DNA from: Planctomycetia bacterium
GTDB taxonomy: Bacteria > Planctomycetota > Planctomycetia > Pirellulales > Thermoguttaceae
NCBI GenBank assembly: GCA_030527105.1
Contig: JAUNBK010000002.1
Span: 44,215 to 108,214, forward strand
Direction: 5' to 3'
Length of the DNA stretch: 64,000 nucleotides
Of the stretch, positions 58,656-64,000 are shown one piece after another (positions within the stretch are counted from its first letter, which is position 1; every line of letters starts with the position of its first letter). The notes under the pieces are model-generated. The model saw only the letters and a list, made by a program, of their open reading frames with translations. It was not told where the DNA came from and ran no database searches. The translations under genes were made by a program, and so were the position numbers.

Positions 58656-58979
58656 ATGTTGCGTTCGCCATTTCGATTGCACACCGCGTTGGTTTCGCAA
58701 GTGGTCTATTTCGCGCGAACCGACTCCTCCTTTCTGGACGAGGGATTCAAGGACCACGCGATTTATCTCGATGACGCCACGGAGCCTGCCGCGAGGGGGA
58801 GTTTCGAGGCGAAACACGGTCCCCAAGCGGTTTCAGCCAGCAAAAAACCGATTTTCGATTCGAAACAGAATCCCGATTACATGACGATTTTTGTGGGAGA
58901 TGATCCGATGTGGAATTTTGCCCCCAGACGCGACCCCAACGCCTCGTATGCCCCCTGCAAATTGGACCAGATGTATTGA
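58656..58979 (+). CDS. Hypothetical protein, 107 aa
   Basis: Good RBS (AGGAG, 8-nt spacer). I recognise no family. It contains a D...ExK-like string (IYLDDATEPAARGSFEAKH). Confidence 0.45.
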   Translation: MLRSPFRLHTALVSQVVYFARTDSSFLDEGFKDHAIYLDDATEPAARGSFEAKHGPQAVSASKKPIFDSKQNPDYMTIFVGDDPMWNFAPRRDPNASYAPCKLDQMY

Positions 58980-59207
58980 ATTGTTGTGGCATAAAAGCGG
59001 AAAATAATCTGCGTACGCCCTCCGAAGCCCACCCCGCCCTGCCCTTGCCAGAGAGACGGGGGGGGTGGACTCATTGTGCTTTATATCGTCCTCCCTTATT
59101 TTTGCGCGCCGAGAAATAACGTTTCTAATGGTGGGACAATGGGAAGACTTTGCCGGAAAGAATTGGATAAATTTGGAATTTCCCATCAAAAACGAGGGAT
59201 GTCCCCC

Positions 59208-59235
59208 TTGTCTTTTTTCTATTTCTCGTTATAAT
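59208..59235 (+). promoter_or_regulatory. Sigma70-like promoter of tRNA-Lys
   Basis: TTGTCT (59208-59213), a 16-nt spacer, then TATAAT (59230-59235), about 15 nt before the tRNA 5' end. Confidence 0.5.
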
Positions 59236-59250
59236 TCCGCCTAACGTTTT

Positions 59251-59323
59251 GAGATCGTAGCTCAGTCGGTAGAGCATCGCACTTTTAATGCGAGGGTCAT
59301 GGGTTCGAGCCCCATCGATCTCA
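59251..59323 (+). tRNA. tRNA-Lys (TTT)
   Basis: GAGATCGTAGCTCAGTCGGTAGAGCATCGCACTTTTAATGCGAGGGTCATGGGTTCGAGCCCCATCGATCTCA. Anticodon loop CTTTTAA; canonical D and T arms. Confidence 0.95.
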
Positions 59324-59409
59324 TTTTTCTTTGCTTCATCTGCCATTTGTTGTATTTCGTTCTTGTTTCTTGTGTGTTTTTGAGGTTTTTTTCTAAAAAG
59401 GAATTTTTG

Positions 59410-59442
59410 ACACTTGACAAGTGTGATTTGTTATGCTAGAAT
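59410..59442 (+). promoter_or_regulatory. Near-consensus sigma70 promoter overlapped by a perfect 7-1-7 palindrome (candidate operator)
   Basis: TTGACA (59414-59419), a 17-nt spacer, then TAGAAT (59437-59442). ACACTTG-A-CAAGTGT (59410-59424) is a perfect inverted repeat covering the -35 element. Confidence 0.55.
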
Positions 59443-59506
59443 GAAGTTGTGCTTAATTTCTGAGGAAATTTTGTTTTTTCACGATGGATAACCGAGGAGC
59501 GTTGTA

Positions 59507-60774
59507 ATGAAGAATAGTATAATTGTGTTTTTGGGAGCGGCAACCCTGTTTTTGGGATGCATGTTAGCATATTTGATGCTTTGTAATGACGATCGTGCGC
59601 CCCTACAATCCCCCCCCCTCCCGCAAGCATAACACTTGGCAATTCCGACACAGCCAGCACAGCCGACGCGGTCGAAGAAATTTCTAAACCTCCCGTAAGT
59701 GTCGAGGATGCCGAGCGCGTGCGGTCGCGCACCCTGAGGGGAGAATTCTGCGCAACGGGTCGCGGAGAAGACGCAAAATGGGGCGTCGCTCGAACGTTGA
59801 ATTTCCAATATTCCGTCTATCTCATTGCGGAATCGAAAATTCTCAGCAAAAAAACTCTACCAAGCGGATACATTAAGATCGAGGAGAAAAGGACGTTTAA
59901 AAACGTCTCGGATTCTCTTTGTGTTTCGGATGTCGATTTTCAATTGAATTTGGAAACACTCCCTGTCGACAAATTTTCCTGCGCGATTGATATCCTGGCA
60001 ACGGCGTATGCTGGAATCTCTGGCGATCTGGTGACTGCGGGAACAATCGTCGCTGAAAAAAATTATTGGACTCGATCGTTGAAAGCGGTCGACGGAATCT
60101 CCCTCCGCGCACTTTTGGGGCTGGGCGGAATTGAAGTTCCACAATCTGTTGAGGAGTATCTCAATAAGTTTGGAGAATCCGATGTCGAACGCGCGCTGGG
60201 TGGCGTGAGGAGCATTTCTGGCAAATCGTATATCATCACGTGGTACCAAAAAGAGGCGGGACTCCCTATGGGCGTCACGTTCACGAACGAGGATGGGTCT
60301 GCCGTCGTCGAGGAAGAAGAGTTGTTGGTGCTGAGGAGGGTGAACACGTTCATTGATTCCCACATTGTACCCAATATGGATTGCGAGTCGGGCGACTCGT
60401 GGAAGGTTTCCGTTGGGAATATCCAAGAGGTTTTGGATCCTTATGTGGAAGGAATCTACACGGGAGAACTTGAATTCAAGCGTACAAGCGACGACCAAAA
60501 TGGCGCGTGGAACATTGAACTTCAACCTGGCAGACTTCAGGTGCAAAATGACGAAAATGCTGTGACGGGGCGTCTGACGATGAAAAAAGGCTACGCAAAA
60601 GTCTCGCCGAAAAATCTGGCTCTGGAGGAATTATTCGTCGAAGGAACTGCAAAACTTGAGAAACTCACGCCTCACCACTGGCTTTTCACGGCGAGAATTT
60701 TAGGGGATTGCGCATTCCAAGGGCGCATTCTCTCTGCGGAGATGGAGGAGAGCAGCTCGGAAATCAAAGAATAA
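59507..60774 (+). pseudogene. Membrane-anchored/secreted protein of unknown function, split by a frameshift at a C9 tract
   Basis: The ATG at 59507 (RBS GAGGAG) encodes MKNSIIVFLGAATLFLGCMLAYLMLCNDDRAPLQSPP... and stops at 59630. The frame of ORF 59719..60774 is open back to 59590. One extra C in the tract 59610-59618 would join the two frames into about 422 aa. Confidence 0.6.
59610..59618 (+). repeat. Homopolymeric C9 tract at the frame junction
   Basis: The sequence reads ...CAATCCCCCCCCCTCCCGC..., with nine consecutive C residues. Confidence 0.9.
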
Positions 60775-60806
60775 AGGCACCTGGAATCTATTCTGGAGTA
60801 TGTATC

Positions 60807-63296
60807 ATGGAACTGGTTTGTCCATTTTGTCAGCACGGTTTGAGCGAGGAAAATAGGCACTGTCAAAGTTGCGGTGGCGCCTTTTCGCCCGATGACTGGC
60901 CGGAGGAAGCAATTTCCTCGAAGGGGTTGGCTCCAACCCTCTCGCTAAAATTCGAAGGAGACGTCTGGCAGGCGGCGAGGGATGATTTCACCATCGGGCG
61001 CAATGTGGGAATCGGCGGGATGCAGATCAAACACCCCTCCGTCTCGAGTGAGCATGTGCGCATTTATCGAAGGGGAAACGCTTGGATCGCAGAGCGCCTC
61101 AAGGGTGTGCTCCTGTGGAACGGAGAGGAGAGAGAGTCGATCGATTTGGCGTCCGGCGGAATCCTTTCTCTTGGCGCGTGCGCCCTCGGGGTCGAAATTC
61201 TTTACAAGAGGGTTTCACCCCCGACGGATGTGGAGGGTGTGCTCAAGTCCGAGACTTTCCTCGATTGGAGAAACAAAAATCAAATCCGAATCGGAAGCGA
61301 CGGCGCAAGGTGCAATATCGTGATTTCGGATATTGATCCGATTCACGCGATTATTTATCGTCACGCAAGGACGGGCGACTGGTGGATTGTCGATTGTGCG
61401 TCGCGATCGGGCACGCAGCTCAACAAACAACAGATTCAAAACTCGCGTCTCTATCCCGGGGACGTGGTGCGCGTCGCGTCGGTGCCGATCGTGGTTTCCG
61501 AGGGAGGGTTGAGCATTGGCAACACATCTGGCAACGGCTTTTTGATGTCCGTCGATCGGCTGAGCGCGTCGATAGGGAAAAACCAGATTCTGAACGACGT
61601 GAGTTTTTTGATCAAACCTGGCGAATTTCTGGGCGTCCTTGGTCCGAGCGGCTGTGGAAAGAGCAGCTTGATCCAAAGGCTTGTAGGATTAGGTCGCGTG
61701 TCGGGGGGGACGATTTTGGTCGACCGATTAGAAGTGCAATCCGCCCGAACGAATTTCCTTCGCAAGACGGCGTATCTTCCGCAGCAGACGGCACTACACC
61801 CCGCCCTCACTCTCGAGCAGGAGTGCGACAGTTTTTGTCGAATCCACTGCGCGTCATTCAACGAGGGCAAGAGAAAAATCCTCCCCTCCTTGAGACTCGT
61901 TGGGCTGGAGAGCGAGGGCAAAAAAAGAATCAGAAGTTTGAGCGGTGGGCAAAAACGTCGCGCAGGAATCGCGCTCGAGCTGCTTCGTTCTCCGAGGCTT
62001 TTGCTCCTCGACGAGCCAACCTCTGGGCTGGACCCCGCGACGGAAGCGGACGTTATGAATTATCTCAGGCGCATTGCGGATCAGGGGAAAAGTGTCGTGT
62101 GTTCGACGCACATGATGGAAAATGTCGATATGTTCGACAAGATTCTGCTTCTTTCTCGTGGCTGCGCGGTGTTTTTTGGCAAGCCGAGCGACGTGTTGCG
62201 GTATTTTGGGGCAAAATCCCTCCCAGAAGTGTTTCGGATGCTCGCGGAGGGAAGTGCAGACGATCAGACGCAAAGGGCAAAGGAACTGTCACAAAAGCTG
62301 CGCCATTCGCCCTATTTTCCCCAGATTCATTCGACTCACGACGCGAGTCTGAGTGCGCTGGACGCGAAGAAGGCGCCTTCCGTGCCGATTTCGCAAGAGA
62401 TTTTGGGCTATCTGCATCGATACGTTCAGGAGACATTCAGCTTTGCGCACTCTCCGACGCCGTGGCGAAGTTTTTGGCAGTCCCCGATTTTCGTGTGGAT
62501 GATTCTCCAACCTTTTTTGATTTCGCAAGCGATTAAACTCTCTTGCGCAACGAAATTTTTTGGGTTTGGAGAGGATACGAAAGCGCTCTTTTTCTTCGCG
62601 CTTCTTTCGATGTTTTGGCTCGGCATGAATCATTCCATTCGCGAGTTGGTTGCGGAACGGGTTCCTCATCGATGCTTGGAACGGCTCCGTCAAGTTTCGT
62701 TTTCGGGTTACATATGGAGCAAACTTGCGGTGTCGTTTGTCCTTTGTGCAGTGCAAACGGCACTGTTTTCGATTTTTTTCTTTGCTCTGCCGTATTATCA
62801 CGTCCACGGGCTTTCGGAACTGGACGCGCCGAACGCGATCATTTGGACGTGGGGACTTTCGGCAACGCTCTTTTTTGCGTGTCTCATGGGTTCTTGGATT
62901 GCGTTGGCGCTCTCGGCATTTTCGACCAACGAGAATGCCGCAGTAGGCGCTCTTCCTCTCGTTCTTATCCCCGTGCTCCTTTTTAGCTCGCCTGTTATTA
63001 ATCATGAGGAGACGTTTGATAAATATTTCAACGCAGAAACGGGTGGCAAATACTCCAAACCGGCGATTTATTTGGAGTGGCTCTCCCCCTGCCACCAACC
63101 TTTAGTACTCATGTCGGCGCTCAATGATCGGCAGCACGCGCTTCTGGAGTCGCAAGAGAGAATTGACAACAACCACAAAAAAGTGCGCCGCAGCCTCGCT
63201 TCGATGTGTATCAACACCTACTGTTGGCTGCTTTTTTCCTTTATTGCTTTGATTTATTTTCAATATCAACGTGAACAATCTTGGGAGGGACGCTAA
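60807..63296 (+). CDS. Zinc-ribbon + tandem FHA + ABC transporter (NBD fused to an ABC-2 type permease; ABCG-like, Rv1747-like architecture)
   Basis: Start at MELVCPFCQHGLSEENRHCQSCGG. Two FHA-like segments (FTIGRN...SSEHVRIYRRGNAWI; IRIGSDG...HAIIYRHARTGDWWIVD...GTQLN). Walker A GPSGCGKSS, signature LSGGQKRR, Walker B LLLLDEPTSGLD, then about 6 TM helices. Confidence 0.8.
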   Translation: MELVCPFCQHGLSEENRHCQSCGGAFSPDDWPEEAISSKGLAPTLSLKFEGDVWQAARDDFTIGRNVGIGGMQIKHPSVSSEHVRIYRRGNAWIAERLKGVLLWNGEERESIDLASGGILSLGACALGVEILYKRVSPPTDVEGVLKSETFLDWRNKNQIRIGSDGARCNIVISDIDPIHAIIYRHARTGDWWIVDCASRSGTQLNKQQIQNSRLYPGDVVRVASVPIVVSEGGLSIGNTSGNGFLMSVDRLSASIGKNQILNDVSFLIKPGEFLGVLGPSGCGKSSLIQRLVGLGRVSGGTILVDRLEVQSARTNFLRKTAYLPQQTALHPALTLEQECDSFCRIHCASFNEGKRKILPSLRLVGLESEGKKRIRSLSGGQKRRAGIALELLRSPRLLLLDEPTSGLDPATEADVMNYLRRIADQGKSVVCSTHMMENVDMFDKILLLSRGCAVFFGKPSDVLRYFGAKSLPEVFRMLAEGSADDQTQRAKELSQKLRHSPYFPQIHSTHDASLSALDAKKAPSVPISQEILGYLHRYVQETFSFAHSPTPWRSFWQSPIFVWMILQPFLISQAIKLSCATKFFGFGEDTKALFFFALLSMFWLGMNHSIRELVAERVPHRCLERLRQVSFSGYIWSKLAVSFVLCAVQTALFSIFFFALPYYHVHGLSELDAPNAIIWTWGLSATLFFACLMGSWIALALSAFSTNENAAVGALPLVLIPVLLFSSPVINHEETFDKYFNAETGGKYSKPAIYLEWLSPCHQPLVLMSALNDRQHALLESQERIDNNHKKVRRSLASMCINTYCWLLFSFIALIYFQYQREQSWEGR

Positions 63297-63298
63297 AA

Positions 63299-64000
63299 AT
63301 GCTGTTTCAAGAAAACCTATGCCTGACGCGGAAGATTGCGCAGAACCAACCGGGACGCTCCACTTGGGAAGCAGAGCACGATGGCAAGAAATGTGTCGTT
63401 AAAATGATAGAGACGGAGAATCCGCACCAGAAACAAAAACTGGTCGAGATTTTGAGTCGTCAAGTTCAGTATCACGAAAAGATTGCGCTGGAGGATCGAG
63501 CGCGAATTGTGCTTTTTAACGAGATGATCGAGTCGGAATCCTCCCTCGCGTTCGTTCGCAACTGGGTCGAGGGGGAGTCGCTTGAAGACCACCTCTCGCC
63601 GGACCCCATGCCGTGGGAGAAAGCCGCCACGTTGGTGGGGAAAATCGCGGACATTGTGGAGTTGGCGCACACGCAATACGCTATTTTCCACGGAGATTTG
63701 AAGCCCGCAAATATCATCATTTCTCAAGAGGAGATGAGCATTATTGATTGGGACTCCATGCGAATCGCGTACGAAATGGACGATATGGCGACCAAAACCC
63801 TCTCGTTGGAAGCGCTTGGGACGCCCTACTACATGGCCCCGGAGCAGTGTCGCGGACGCAACATCAACGCGCAAAGCGACGTTTATGCGCTCGGTGCCAT
63901 TTTCTATCGGCTTCTCACGGGAGTTTTGCCCTTTGGAGACACGCCCGTCCTGCAGCTCTGGACGCTCAAGCAGAGCGAGGAACTACCGCCCATTTTGACT
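63299..64000 (+). CDS. Ser/Thr protein kinase (Hanks type), N-terminal 234 aa; it runs off the right edge
   Basis: Not in the ORF track because there is no in-window stop. ATG at 63299 lies 8 nt after GGGAGGG. It reads KCVVKM (catalytic Lys region), HGDLKPANIII (catalytic loop, non-RD), IIDWDS (DFG position) and GTPYYMAPEQ (activation segment). The frame is open to position 64000. Confidence 0.85.
   Translation, partial: MLFQENLCLTRKIAQNQPGRSTWEAEHDGKKCVVKMIETENPHQKQKLVEILSRQVQYHEKIALEDRARIVLFNEMIESESSLAFVRNWVEGESLEDHLSPDPMPWEKAATLVGKIADIVELAHTQYAIFHGDLKPANIIISQEEMSIIDWDSMRIAYEMDDMATKTLSLEALGTPYYMAPEQCRGRNINAQSDVYALGAIFYRLLTGVLPFGDTPVLQLWTLKQSEELPPILT

Noticed and set aside
60708-60806. Upstream extension of the FHA-ABC ORF (track start at 60708)
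   Set aside because: It would overlap the preceding gene by 67 nt. The ATG at 60807 directly precedes the zinc-ribbon motif and has a GGAG upstream.

Overview
This is a 64-kb bacterial chromosomal window with about 37 protein-coding genes and 2 tRNAs (Asn-GTT, Lys-TTT). The gene content (DUF1570-like HExxH protein, SHD1+FGE-sulfatase protein, BatA/VWA membrane pair, large CBM-bearing hydrolases) suggests a Planctomycetota/PVC-type organism; that is an inference only. Most of it is ordinary core genome: polA, SGNH hydrolase, GT4/UDPGP operon, porin, S41 protease, RND/MMPL exporter, pyrD, etfBA plus acyl-CoA dehydrogenase, Ski2-like helicase, LemA/M48, GH13, ubiX, uvrA and an LpxL-like acyltransferase.

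Two edge-truncated genes are missing from the ORF track: polA (1..2069, minus strand) and a Ser/Thr kinase (63299..64000, plus strand).

Observations worth a second look:
1. A very dense family of about 101-108 bp palindromic intergenic elements, with about 19 full or partial copies, a 3x tandem array and an orientation bias toward downstream gene starts. It creates phantom ORFs in the track.
2. A mosaic accessory island at about 3.8-8.6 kb. It holds a WYL-domain regulator bracketed by about 110-bp inverted repeats, a decayed IS5-family element, and a HindIII-like R-M cassette. The endonuclease of that cassette is cut by one in-frame TGA, and the cassette is flanked by about 185-205 bp direct repeats.
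3. A C9 homopolymer that separates a signal/anchor peptide from the body of the first gene of an operon. That operon also encodes a zinc-ribbon + 2xFHA + ABC (NBD-TMD) transporter and a Ser/Thr kinase, which is a PknF/Rv1747-like arrangement.
4. A candidate structured RNA between ubiX and uvrA.
5. An orphan D12 adenine methylase translationally coupled to the lipid A acyltransferase gene.

No CRISPR array, rRNA or intact transposase was seen. All homology statements come from motif recognition by eye, not database searches.
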